This document shows positions 13,301-25,915 of a DNA stretch of 64,000 nt, piece after piece (the stretch's first letter is position 1; every line of letters begins with the position of its first letter). Origin of the DNA: Hydrolagus colliei (Eukaryota); contig CM068745.1 of assembly GCA_035084275.1 (NCBI GenBank), forward strand, positions 5,208,001 to 5,272,000. The letters run 5' to 3'. The position numbers and the translations under genes were made by a program. The notes under the pieces were generated by a model that saw nothing but the letters and a program-made list of their open reading frames with translations, was not told where the DNA came from and ran no database searches.

Positions 13301-14489
13301 GTTCAGACAAGCTCAGTAACATGTTCAGTAACTTGAGAGCTTGAAGCAGTAACTGGCCAGTGCCTTGGGACATCCTCCTGACGTGAAAGGCGCTATACAA
13401 GTGTAATTTTGTTGTTGTTGTCGTTCATTTTGTTTTGAAAATGATATGGTTTGTTGCACTCTGAATGAAACAAACCATATAATTTTAGAAAACTGATTTT
13501 GGAAACACTATTTTTGAAAACTATTTATATTTCAATGTTTTATTTTTGAAACTTCAGTCCTTCCTGGCGATATCCTGGACACGGATATGCATCTCCTCCT
13601 TTCAAATTATTTCCCGTCATTACCTTGTGCCACTCCCATTTACTAACACATTTCATTCGTCAAAATGGATGAGTTGGAAGTTAGAGCTATAATCTTGAAA
13701 GCTTCAATATCTGCCTCGCAAACATTTATGTGGGAGTTAATACAGTTAATATGACATTCTGGAATTATGCTCAAGTAATGAGCACAGAAGAGTAGTTGCA
13801 AAGCAGAAAACCGAGCCAGAGAAACGAGGTCTGTAAAGAAATACTTATTATATAACAGCTGGCTTCATGTTCATTCCAATGAGGCAAAATATAACCATGA
13901 CCCCAGATCAAAGCAAAGTAGAATATCACTTTATACTGGTAAATAAGCATAATTTATGCAATAACCTAATCTTATACTGTATGTGTTTGATATGTAAACA
14001 AAGCAAACGAGTTATCAATTCTATCTGAATCTACTGGTCCTAGTATTGCATTTACATTTCAAAGAGTGGCCCAAAAGGCTTTGTAGACTATTTTTCTCTG
14101 CAAATTTGAATGATGATTCAAAGCAATTAATTACTATCCAATCAATTAAAATTTCTCACAGGATATCATGTTCCAAAATAAGAGGTATAAAAAGCATTCA
14201 GTAATATATGCTTTTATGCGTGGACGCATTGAGACATTTAGGACACGATTGGAAGGAAAATCAGTGGCTAAAAAGTATATAAATCCACTGGTTACAATCA
14301 TTCCATTCATCCTTTGTGTTTCTGAGAGTGCATTAGGAGCCCGACTACAAAGAATCGATTATTTGATTTTACCTTTTATTTTCTGATGCTGCCTTTTCAT
14401 AAACTAATTCATGTTTTAGCCACGTCTAGCCCCAAAAACATTCACTAGAAAGGGTTTTTGAACAAGGTAGCCTGATAATCTTGCTCAGA

Positions 14490-15074
14490 TCTAATGTGGA
14501 TAAATGCAACGTGATGCATTTTGAGAGCAAGAATGAGGAGAGACAGTTGGTAGGATAAGCCAAATGGTAGAATCTTAAAGAGGGTGAAGGAACAGAGAGA
14601 CCTTCAGAGACCGGTTCATATAAGAAAAACTTTGAGTTTTCAGTTTATAATGAATCTTTCTAAAACACTGGTTAGGTCTCAGCTAGAGTTGTGTGTTCAG
14701 TTCTGGGCACCACACTTTAGTAAGGATGTCAAGGCATTGGAGAGGGTGCAAAGGAGATTTACCAGGATGGTACCAGGAATGAAGGGCTATCAGATCAGGC
14801 TAGAGAGGCTAGAATTATTCTTCTTGCAGCAGAGAAGGTTAAGAGGAGATTCAATAGAAGTTTTCAAAATTATCAGGGGATTCGATAGGATGAACAAGGA
14901 TTTGGAAGGGCTTGAGTAAAAGCCGATTCGATAACAACTTTTAAGAGTGAAGTAGGTAGTTATTTGAGGAGAAGTTTGCAGGGCTAGGGGAAGAGAGTGG
15001 GGGAGTGGGAATCGTTTGGACAGCTATTTTCAAAAGCCTCCTTCTCTGTGCTGTATAATTCTATGATTCTGTGA
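14490..15074 (+). mobile_element. CR1 LINE 3' fragment (RT C-terminus plus 3' UTR)
   Basis: KTLVRSQLELCVQFWAPHFSKDVKALERVQRRFTRMVPGMKG...RRLRGDSIEVFKI is typical CR1 ORF2; ends in ATTCTATGATTCTGTG. Confidence 0.93.
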
Positions 15075-15123
15075 AAGGCAGCCTGCCATTTGAAGGAGCA
15101 CATTAGCGTTTGGTGTGTACTAT

Positions 15124-15501
15124 GTGGAGTCCTGTAGCTCAGTGGTTAGAGAACTCACCGCATTAGCTAGAGACTTGGGTTCGATTCCCAGCTGGGTGAA
15201 ATGTTGGGCAAGTTTTCTTCCTTCACGTTTGTTTACCTAACAGTAAGTAGGAACTCGGTCGTTAATTGACTGATGGATTGCTTTACCGGGGATAATAGTT
15301 CCTTCAAAAAAATTTTGCCCAAATTCTTTGGTCACTCTACCCACAACTGTTTGTTGGGACACCGTTGTGCGAAATTGACTTGTCATGTTTTGCCCATAAA
15401 ACATACAGTCAATTCACTTTACAGTATATTCTGTGAAGCACTTTGAGACGTCGCCCTGACGTGATAAGGCGCTATATCGAGCACAAGGATTATTATTATT
15501 A
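15124..15501 (+). mobile_element. Full-length tRNA-derived SINE, long form; other copies 20125-20462(+), 54610-54983(+), partial 11735-12020(+), 37100-37348(+)
   Basis: A box TAGCTCAGTGG (15135-15145), B box GGTTCGATTCC (15178-15188), CORE-like middle, Deu-like gtgggacactgctgtgcgcaattggctgcc segment, L2-type tail, (ATT)n end. Confidence 0.92.
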
Positions 15502-16129
15502 TATGTACAAATGCACAATGGTTATTTTCACCAGAGAAATACAAAGCGATCTTCGAGTTCTGGTAATTGTCCCAACAATTGCTCTGGTCTTCCAATGTTT
15601 AGAGAGGATTAGTTTCCAAACCAAATCCATGTTGGGATGGAAAGGGTTTATTTCAAAATGCACAACTAACTGTGATGCATGGTAGCACAGAATAAATAAT
15701 TTACAAATATTATGAATTTGTGGAAATATTAAATAAAAATAGCAGAAAATACTGGAAATCCAGTGCAAATTAATCAATATTGGAAGGTGAAAAACACATT
15801 AAAGTTTCAGCAAGCTAACAACTGAATTAAACAGACTACAGTAAGAGTCAACTATAACTTTGTGCTCAGACTGATTGACTTGTATTTACTGATAACACTG
15901 TCCTTTGTGTGGTTGAAAAGACAGGTCTTTAGCCGAGACCTGAAAAAAGGAATAGAGGGGTCGAGGTGAAGGGAGTGAGGAACAGAGTTCCAGAGCCTCG
16001 GGGCATGGTGACTGAAGGCCAGTCAATTAATACACACGAAGACGATTCCATAAAGAGTTATGTAGTGAACAGCTTATCTGGAGGCTAAGACATTGGGAGA
16101 AACTCACTTCTCTTTCAATATAGTGGCTT

Positions 16130-16515
16130 GATATCTGTAATTTTAGAGCTCAAAATCGAGAGGATTCGTTCTGCAGCCTCTGCCTTTGCTACTGTAATAT
16201 TGGATACATCCATCACTACCTCTTACTCTCGGGCCATCAAGACCATTATCCATGCATTCATTACAACCAGGCTAGACTACGCCAAGTCTCTGCTCACTGG
16301 ACTTCCCACCTCTTTCCTCCACAAGTGGCAGACAATCCAGATTTCTGCAGCTTGTCCTCCTCCATTTTAGGCTCTGTGGGCCTTTCATCCCCATCCTCGC
16401 CCAGCTCCAATACCTCCTGATTCCCAAGAGAATTGAGTTCCAAGATCCTCACCCTCATTTTTTAAAAAAAAAATCCCTCCATGGTCTTGCTGCTACCCTA
16501 CCTCTGCAGCCTACT
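16130..16515 (+). mobile_element. L2 LINE ORF2 fragment
   Basis: KTIIHAFITTRLDYAKSLLTGLP...WQTIQISAA resembles the L2 LIHAFITSRLDYCNSLL.GLP motif. Confidence 0.85.
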
Positions 16516-16612
16516 GACACAAACCTCCAAACCAGGGTGAGAATGAAAGCAACTGAGCGAACAACATCACAATGCATTACAATTCACTAAAATAGACACG
16601 TCTCACTATTGT

Positions 16613-16618
16613 TTTATT
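16613..16618 (-). terminator. Candidate distal polyadenylation signal of TMEM135
   Basis: Minus-strand AATAAA followed by GT/T-rich sequence (gtgtctattttagtgaattgtaatgcattgtgatgttgt). Confidence 0.4.
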
Positions 16619-17065
16619 AGTATTTTAATTGTTAAAATTAAAGGATATTTATATCAATATACAAACTTGTTAAGATGCAGCCTGTAAATTTATCATATGA
16701 TGTACATATTTTGAGTTTTACTAATCTTCTTCCCCTACAAAAATGAAACAGAAATACATGGTATATCCTCGGTGTACAGATTTTCATTTTTACACACGCT
16801 CTCCAGTGACATTGTTCCAAACGACTGGAAAAATCTGTTGACAAAGGAAGGGTTTCAGGTCTTTTGTTTTCAATGTACAGTATTTTGTTTCTTTGTTTTT
16901 CAAACTCAAGTTCTCCAGGCAGAGTTTAAGGCAGAATGGATAAATGAGAGTGGTAACAGAATAGATTGTGCTCTTTGTACCAAAAAAAACACACAGAAGC
17001 AGATACAAATTATTCAAAATGCTTAGCCCTTTGTAGCCCGATTCAAATGGATTGACAGTTTTTCT

Positions 17066-17080
17066 TTTAATCATTTTATT
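17066..17080 (-). terminator. Candidate proximal polyadenylation signal of TMEM135 (AATAAA then ATTAAA)
   Basis: First minus-strand AATAAA I found after the stop (17080-17075, about 2.5 kb downstream), with ATTAAA at 17071-17066; usage is inference. Confidence 0.4.
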
Positions 17081-17952
17081 TGCAAAGGACATGAATCCCT
17101 TTAAAACGCTGATGTGTTGCTAAATAAACTGCACTGCAATAATCTTTCAGAACATTCTTGGGAAAACATTATTTTCCAGTTTACTCTGGCAAAGAACAAT
17201 TTTGATTTCCACAGCTTTGATCAAAGCTACAAAAGTAAATCACATCACATGTGTTTCACTTCATGAGGTAAATAATGCTTGTGCCAATGTTTGATGGAAT
17301 ACAAGTTACAGCCTTGTATATTTTCAATGTCAGAACAGGTCCATCAATGCTAACTGCTGGAAATACCTGGAATAAGACTTTTTTAAAAATACCTGGAGCC
17401 CCCCAGGAATCCCCAATATTTAGATGCATCTGAAACTATAGGACCTCCCAATGTAGCTGATGGTGAGATTGCCCAGATGGATGTGTTAGTTACAAATTGA
17501 AATTAGACCAAAGCATAGAAAATGACTGCACATTATCTCAACGTGTCTGTTAGCTCTTTGAAGGAACAATTCACGCAGTCCCACTTACCTGACTTTTCCC
17601 TATTACCCCTGCAAACTTAATCCATTTTAGAGGAATAGTATCTCAAGGTACTATTCCTAGAGGTTGGAAGGTTTTCAGTTATTACGTGCGTAGATCTAGA
17701 AAACCTAAAATCCCAAAGCCACTAATCCCAGCACATGTAATAGTGCCTGGTATATCCCGTGCGTGTAATTCAGCAAACATATGGTTTCATTGTTTTTTTT
17801 GTTGAAAATACATCTGTTTACACAGCATCAGCTGTAGAAATAAAACTGATTCTCAGATGATTTCAGTTCTCAAAGGGTTATTCTTGTCAGATCGTATTAC
17901 AACAAAAAGGCATTTGTTCTCTATCAAATAGCCACCTGGTGATTATCCTCCA

Positions 17953-18060
17953 GAGGGCGGAGGGGGGGCGGAGGGGGGGTGGAGGGGGGGTGGAGGGGGG
18001 ATAGAGGGGGGGTGGAGGGGGGATGGAGGGGGGGTGGAGGGGGGATGGAGGGGGGATGGA
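17953..18060. repeat. G-rich 11-bp tandem repeat (GGAGGGGGG[G/A][T/C]), about 10 units
   Basis: Directly visible; lies between the TMEM135 stop and the first AATAAA. Confidence 0.95.
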
Positions 18061-19564
18061 AGCAAGCGGGGTCACCATGAAGGTGAACAGGCTGCAACTA
18101 ACAAGATTGGCGATAGAACGTCGGAATCGAATCAACCCACTGTGGTGGTCTCAGTGATCTGGCCCTGAGCCAGGCGGGCCCGCAGGACTCCAGGCACTGC
18201 TGATGAAAGCCCATCCAGCCACATTCATCGCTAAGACTTTGATAGCAGGATTCAACACACTCAGCTACTAGACTCAAAGCACTAACTGATATGGCCTTCC
18301 TAGCTGGACAAGTTTCAATGGGAATCTGAGTTTCAGCTTGTCAAGATCCAGCAGTATACAATACATACTCTAGAGTCCACAAGACTTCCTAACTTTTACC
18401 AACCTGCACCTAATCCTTTCCCAAATTAAGTAAACAGAATGTGTCCCTCTGGGGGTTGATGTGCAGAGATAGGAATTTCCATGTACTGGCGCCACGCACA
18501 GAAGTCTAGTTTGGATACTCTGAAGCGAGGTGACGCAGTTACCATGTGCAATCTACACATGTCAAACACCGAGCTGATCCCTCAAAATAATTTCCTTCTC
18601 AGTGAATAACAGATAATTCAGAGTGCCTATTGCCACGTCTGGAAATTGGAAAGTCATGTTCCATTCAACTGAATGGTCGGATAACATTTTTCTAGGTTTT
18701 TAGTTAGCAATTCACATTTAAAGCCAAAATTAAAAACAACTCCAAAATGTTTGTTTTTGCAACCCATCCAAGGTACACATATGAAAATGAATTTAAGAAG
18801 TACATAACCATTTGTGCAGCAGGGCTTTGGTTTCTATGCCTTGGGACGTCCTCCCGACGTGAAAGGCGCTCTATAAATGTAATTTTGTTGTTGGTTGCAA
18901 GTTTTCAATACGTGGGAATTACAATGTTGTGGTCCAGGGTTTAGTCATTTAACAGGAATCAACTGGGTTTTGACATTTATCATCCAAATAGTTTCACAGT
19001 ATGAACAAATTGCTTTGTGTCTTTAGCTCTATAAGTGTGTCTTATACAAGGCAGAGCATCTTATATTCCATCAAATAATATTTCACATCATTGTCAGCTA
19101 AACTATTGGCTATAAGGATTGAAGTTACAATAGTACACTGTATGAAGGGGAAACCAATTTTGAATCCCCAAATAAATCCATCAGCATCAGTGTATATGGC
19201 TATGAATAAAATGCAAATCTCTGCTAACAAGCACTTGCCATAAATGAGATTCATGGTATTTACTAATTTGTATGCATCACAGTTGAAATAACCAGTAAAA
19301 TTGTAACAAAAACTGGAAGTCAATTAACAAAAACTACACACCTCCAAGAATTAAATGCATTAGGCATTCATTTTTATATACCAATGGAGAGACTCAATTT
19401 GGATAGCTCTCCTCCCAAAGAAAACAGCAAGATTACAGATCATTTACCAATATATTTTTTAAATGAAACATTGGAATTGATTCTGTGTGTCAAAAAAATG
19501 CCTGTTTCAAAGGCTGAATTACTGCACAAAGTGTGTATCCTGATAACCTCACATCAGTGCAGAT

Positions 19565-19717
<153 letters not shown>

Positions 19718-21267
19718 TTACATAGTAAGTACTGAAAATCTCAGCATGCTCACAATTAAAATTACTCAATAAACACAGGAATGATACATTTAAGAGATTA
19801 GGGGATTCATTTTCACGGTAGAAGTTATTGTGACATGACATGGGTTACAATAAGTGTCGTTGGCAAACGTTTAAACAAGATTCAAGAGAGAGCCAGATTT
19901 GTATTTGAAGCAAAAACAATAAAAAGATGCAGAGAAAGACCAAGGAATTGGGGGTAAAGGATGGGAATAACAACAACAACAACTTTGATTTATATAGCGC
20001 CCTCCACACCAGACGGCGTCTCGGGTGCTTCACAATGGCGGATCCCGAGACCGAGCCAGGGGCAGACCAAAGGTGACCAAAGGCGCTGTCTTTAATGATT
20101 ATTCATTAGCGTATATCGTGCCATTGGAGTCTTGTAACTTAGTGGTTAGAGCATTTGCCTCCCAAACGAGAGGATCTGGGTTTGATTCCCAGGCAGTGTG
20201 AAACATTGGTCAGGTTTCCTTACTCCACATGGCTCTGTTTACTTAGCAGTAAACCACCTGCTAGTCGATTGGCGGATTACTTTTCTGGGAGTAAATAATC
20301 CCTTCTAAAAAAAAATTATTTCATCACTCAATCCCTGATTGTGCGCTGTCGCATATCAACCACAAAACATGCAGTCACTTTACTTTGCAGTATATTCCAC
20401 GAAGCGTCTCAAAGACATGATAAAGTGCTACATAACATGTAAGGATCGTTATTATTATTATTGTATTTCAAGAGCAACCAGGATAAAATCAATGGCCCGA
20501 ATCCCCTGTTTCTTTTGTAAACTATTGATTCTACAATTTTATTCACAGTTGGATTTGACCTTTTTACTCAGTAATAACTATTGTCCTTTATTTCTTATCC
20601 TAAAAATGAATACCTGGGTATTTCTCAGGGTGTGTTTTTGGTGTCAAACAAAGGAGAAAATTGTGGGTGGAGCAATTTGATACATTGAAAAAAAATCAGA
20701 CTTCCTGACATCTTTTCCTGAATTTCTACTTTTCTGCCTTTTTTCTCTGCCTTTTCCTATCCCTATCTCTGGACTGTAAAAAAAAGCAAAGTTAGTACTT
20801 AGCTTTTTTACCAATCAAGTTGTAACCAACAAAATTTTGTATTTTTCGGTGAAAAAGAGGTCAAATCGAATTTTAATGATCCTGTCATTTTGTGCCATGA
20901 ATGGCACAAAAATTGAAGGAGAAAAATAAATGCAGAGAAAAAGGAAGAAGAATTGGATAATATTGGGAAGGTTTCAATCCACGACTGTTTGTGGGACATT
21001 GCTGTGCGCAATTGGCTGCTGCGTTTCGCCCACAAAATATACAGTCAATTCACTTTTCAGCTTATTCTGTGAAGTGCTTTGAGGCATCTAGAAGACGTGA
21101 AAAGTGCAATATCAAATGTAAGGATTATTATTATTATTATTATTAAAGTGAGATTCTTGGATTCAAATTCTTTTGTTGATTCTATCTTGAAGGTTGTTTT
21201 AAATGCCGACAAAGGCTTTATTTCTAGAAACAATTAGCGCGTGCCTGAGGTTAACAGAAACACCTAC

Positions 21268-21335
21268 TTTCCTTTTGTCAGCCGCAACAGGAACTTCCAG
21301 TAGGAAGGCCTTAGGTTCTGAACTTCCATCACTGC
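21268..21335 (-). CDS. TMEM135: TMEM135 internal exon (~exon 14), 68 nt, AVMEVQNLRPSYWKFLLRLTKG(K)
   Basis: ttctag|GCA GTG ATG...GGA AA|gtaggt; phase 0-2. Confidence 0.97.
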
Positions 21336-22506
21336 CTAGAAATGATAAGAAAAGCTGGTCACAATTCATCAACAATAAAAGAAAACGAGAATACTAAATG
21401 TCCATAACAATTTATTGAATACATTTCTCATGTTAGTTTAATACATCTTCAAAACTATATTCCTACTAAATAATGATTTTTCTCATAACATTGCAATGAC
21501 GTTTGTTTTCTGCAAGGTCATAAATCTCAAGCTCGTTATATTGTTATCACCTGAGTTCAATATCTCAGAGGACACATTATAAGCTAAGCTTGCTTCCAAG
21601 CTCTCAGGTTGCCTCTGTTGTATTTCTTGAGCATTATATGTAGGAAGTACTGCTAACATTACTTCCCTGTTTGTGTGCTATGCATGCAGGCTGTACATAC
21701 ATACACAGGTGTGAAATTAGTGGCATTTGATGCACTTAACCCACATACAGAGTACACAGGAAGCAACATCAACAAAATTTCCTTCAGATGGTGTGCAGGG
21801 ATGAGCGCAGGGAACGACATCAGTGGTGGCCTGGCAGCTGATTTCCCTGCTATAAAACAGGAAGACAGGACTATGTGGCCCTATATATGGGTTACATTTT
21901 TTTGTTAAAGTGTCCGATTTCTCATTCATTCATTTGGCAATTAATATTCTTCTCCCTCGATTACCTGTGATTTACACCATTCGTGATGGTGTCAATGCTG
22001 GTTTGAAGCAACTGCTAGAACAATCTGGTTCTGGTTTTATGCTCTACGTCTCCCTCGAAGAGCACATGGAAACTGGGGTTCACTCCGTGTTGAATCGCTG
22101 GGGGAAACTAACCCATATTCTGCTATTCCACGCAATTACATACTTGTCGACCAGTCCACCCGACACATCATGAGGCTGGAAAAGTTGTCAAGGGTTGCAA
22201 CCCGCAATGTAAACTGAGTTCTCTGCAGCGAAACCTCTGTAAATTATGCCATCGCACAAAACTATTAGCTCTGATCAGATCTTCAGCTGGAACTGAGAAC
22301 TCACATGTTACCCCAGAGAAAAGAAAGATTATGTCACAAAATGCCTTTATCTGCAAGTTATGCCATTCAATTGGCCTTTCGACCCCACTGCTGATTTTTG
22401 TCAGGTTCATAGCAATAAGTTTTTCCAGAACAGATATACTTTTGCTCTGTTTAAAAGGTATTTAAAACACAGTGCGAAGTACTGTTGTTTTTGTTACACA
22501 GGTCAA

Positions 22507-22930
22507 CTACAACAACAGCAACTTGCATTTATATAGCGCCCTCCATGCTGGGCGGTGTGAAGGGACAATTCACAGTGGCGGGGCCCGGGGTCGAGCCAAG
22601 GGCAGGGGGAAGGTGACCGTAGGCGCGATCCAAGAGAAAGGTCTTCAGGGGCGACCTAAAAATGGGAAAGGAGGGGGTGAGGTGAAGGGGTTGAGGGAGA
22701 GAGTTCCAAAGTTTGGGGGCGTAGTGGCTGAAAGCACGGCCACTGATGGTGAAGTGGACGATTCGGGGGACAAGGAGGCCGGACCCAGTAGAGCGGAGGC
22801 AGCATGTACAGCTGTGAGGAGAGAAGCATTCCAGAGCTTTAGCATGTAAGGAAGGGCGGTAGTGACTGTGGTTAGAGGGATTGAGGGTAGGTTTTTTAAA
22901 GAGGAGGTGATGGTGGCGGTTTTGAGGGTG
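22507..22930 (-). mobile_element. L2 LINE 3' fragment
   Basis: caacaacagcaacttgcatttatatagcgccctcca tail plus upstream L2 3' region similar to 39270-39578. Confidence 0.8.
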
Positions 22931-25771
22931 AGTGGGACATTTTCACTGCATGAAAGATGGTGTGAGGATTTTGCGGATTGCAAGAGTCTCATGGCAATCT
23001 AATAGCCAGTAAAATGGGAACCAAAATATCACAGTTTGCAGTCAAAGGGCACTCACCATTTTACACATTTGAAGCCTTCTGCCATTTCAATCATTTGACA
23101 GAATTCATCCTTTGAAATTCACTTAACTCATACGATAAAAAGATATAACATTTCTTTACATAAACAGGTAGGGGTGTCATGAAATAATCTCTGCTCCTAA
23201 CTTTTTTTTAGTTAAAACTTCCTTCTATATTTAATTAAGCATAAAAGCAATGTCTGGGAACTTGTTACAAGGTAGTACCACTTAAAAACAGGTTGAAAAT
23301 TTATTTTTTTCTAAAACCGTTGGCACACAGTTTATAACAAGCAGAGTGTGTTACAGCCGGAAGCCATTGTGCAAACAGATTATTTATAGAACAATTTTAA
23401 ATGAATAATCTTAGTGTTGAGAATTTCAATCTAAGAGTTATCTGAGTTTACATTTTCCATTGCAAGAACCCCCCCCCCCCACCACCCACCCACCCCCTCA
23501 ATAAACATACTTCCCTTCTCCGATCGTGTGACTACATTACCCAACCAGAAGAACTGGTTAACATAAAAATATCATAAAGTTAACCAGGTTAGCCAAATAG
23601 AACAGAAAGCTGCTGTATTTAGTTACTATAAACCCATTCCTTCCACATATAAATTGAACAAAAATTCTTTCAGATTTAATAACAGAACAAAATAAATTTG
23701 CTATAACATCACACACTTTCGCGAGCTTTCCAAAGTAAATTCTTATACTATGAACAAATACATTCAGAGCAGTCACATCATTGAGAAACTTGGCACAACT
23801 AATGTTCTAAATCAAAACCTTGGCATCTTTTTGCTTTACTAAGGCTGTTGGAATCTAATTTGATTTGCTGGCGGTTTTGGCACAGAGAATATTTTATAGA
23901 AACTGGTATCTACTGTGTGAAGTCTTCCTATCAGATTATACAGAGTGATTTACTATCATAGTGATAGACTATCGCTCGATTTTAATTCCGGAGACTATCA
24001 ATTTAAGCAGCACAGAGCAAACAGCCTTACTGTATTTAGCAGCCAGCTGCTGTCCTTCAAGGTAAATTTGTTGGGTGGGTCTAAAAGTCCTTGCAGTCAA
24101 AGGCAATTAAAATAAACATAATTGTTTATACATTTGAAGGTAATTGGCATGCAACATTCGGCGATTCTCCAGTTGCTTCTGATTGTCTCATATAACTTTT
24201 CACAAAAGCAAAGGCGTATCTTGTTAGTGGAAACAAAATCAGCAAACAGCAAACTCGAGCCCTCTTTTTCCGACCTAAAAATCTTTCTGGGAATGGTTAT
24301 TACTTGCACAAGCAGTAGTTCTGCAAAGCCAATAGGTAAAAGAACACCATTGGAAAATAAAGCAGATCAACTTCTGAGTATTGTATGAAAGGAGGGGGTG
24401 AAGGGTGTCTGTGCATTGAGCTGGAAAATGTTTCAAAATCAGGATTATAACACCAAAATAAAGATCTAACTGTTTTGGCTATTTTTTCAGTGTGTGTGTG
24501 TGTGTCTGGGGACAATCAATGGATGTCAGCTCGGGATAGAAGACATTTCCTCTTTGGCATATCAAGCCCTATTCAGCAACAACACAGCAATAAAAGGGAA
24601 GAAAATGAACATTGGAAATCCGAACTACAAAGTGTTAACGCTGGAAATTTCAAAGCAGGCCAATTACTAATCACACTTGAAATGTTAGACTGTCTTTCAC
24701 GGTGTGTTGCTGATCAACTTGGCGAATCTCCATCAACCTTGCTTTGTAGTCATACGTTAAACTTTGTATTTGATACAGTGCCTATAATCTCAAAATGTCC
24801 CAAAGCACTACGCAGATAATAGCTGTCTAGACTGTGTATTTGTAGGTAAACACGGCAGACATATCCTACAAACAATCAAGTGACTGATCAATTTAGCTCG
24901 GGGATTGGCGGCTGTAACACTGGGAGAAATTCTTGTTATTTGCAAATAATCCCAGGTGATATTTAATACATTTAATGTTAAAGTGAGTCGATATTCAGTT
25001 CCTGCTGAACCAAATTGCTGTCCTGACACTGCTCAGCCAGCACACGGACACCTGTCAGTAATTTTTTGTTGTATCAAGAAACTAAAACAGAGTCCTGAAC
25101 TTGAAACACCATATCCATAATTTCAGAATGGCTGCAAGAATTGGTTAATTCGTCATCCACAACCCAGAAAAGGTAACAGCAGCAGCAAGAATTATCTGCA
25201 GTACCTCATGGGAGAACCTCTTGTAGTTGCTGTAGTAATATACAGTAGTAGTAATGCTAATGTTGTAGTACTATATGCACCGTTATGAATGTTTCTATTT
25301 CCTGTATTGGCAATCCTTCAGTCTATGTTGAGTGAGGCTATTAGATAAATGCCAAATTGATAATTATCTGGGCAAGATTTATGCAAGTTTTATATTTTAC
25401 ATTCATAAGAACTTAGTTGACATTACAGAAATTAATTTTTATTTCATATCCTTTGCAGCCAAAAGAACAGATAAAGGGAGTTAAATCCCATCAATCAGGG
25501 TCGATTTGAACTCAGGTTGTTGAACTCAGGGCTGAAAGGACACTTCAATTAATTTCAATCGACTAAATTGAGAAAAACACAATTATATAGCGGTTGAGGA
25601 GAATGGATCTCTACATTAATAAGTCACTTTAACTGTAAATGCATAAGTATTTTGTAATATCATCAGGCTTAACTCTTTCCAGAGACATTTAGTTTAGTAG
25701 CAAGGCTCTTCTAAAACAAATAAAATGGATTGATGGGATTCAGCTAAATCACAACATGTATAAATCTTTCA

Positions 25772-25915
<144 letters not shown>

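Noticed and set aside
15124-15195. tRNA-like sequences (TAGCTCAGTGGTTAGAGC...GGTTCGATTCC)
   Set aside because: SINE heads followed by SINE body; not free-standing tRNA genes
18200-18230. Other CTGATGA/CTGAAGA hits as hammerhead cores (also near 35113, 49831, 54989)
   Set aside because: No paired stem II followed by GAAA
21879-21891. CArG box-like CCTATATATGG
   Set aside because: Seven A/T between CC and GG instead of six
25036-25052. REST/RE1-like CCAGCACACGGACAC
   Set aside because: Half-site spacing one base short and right half mismatched
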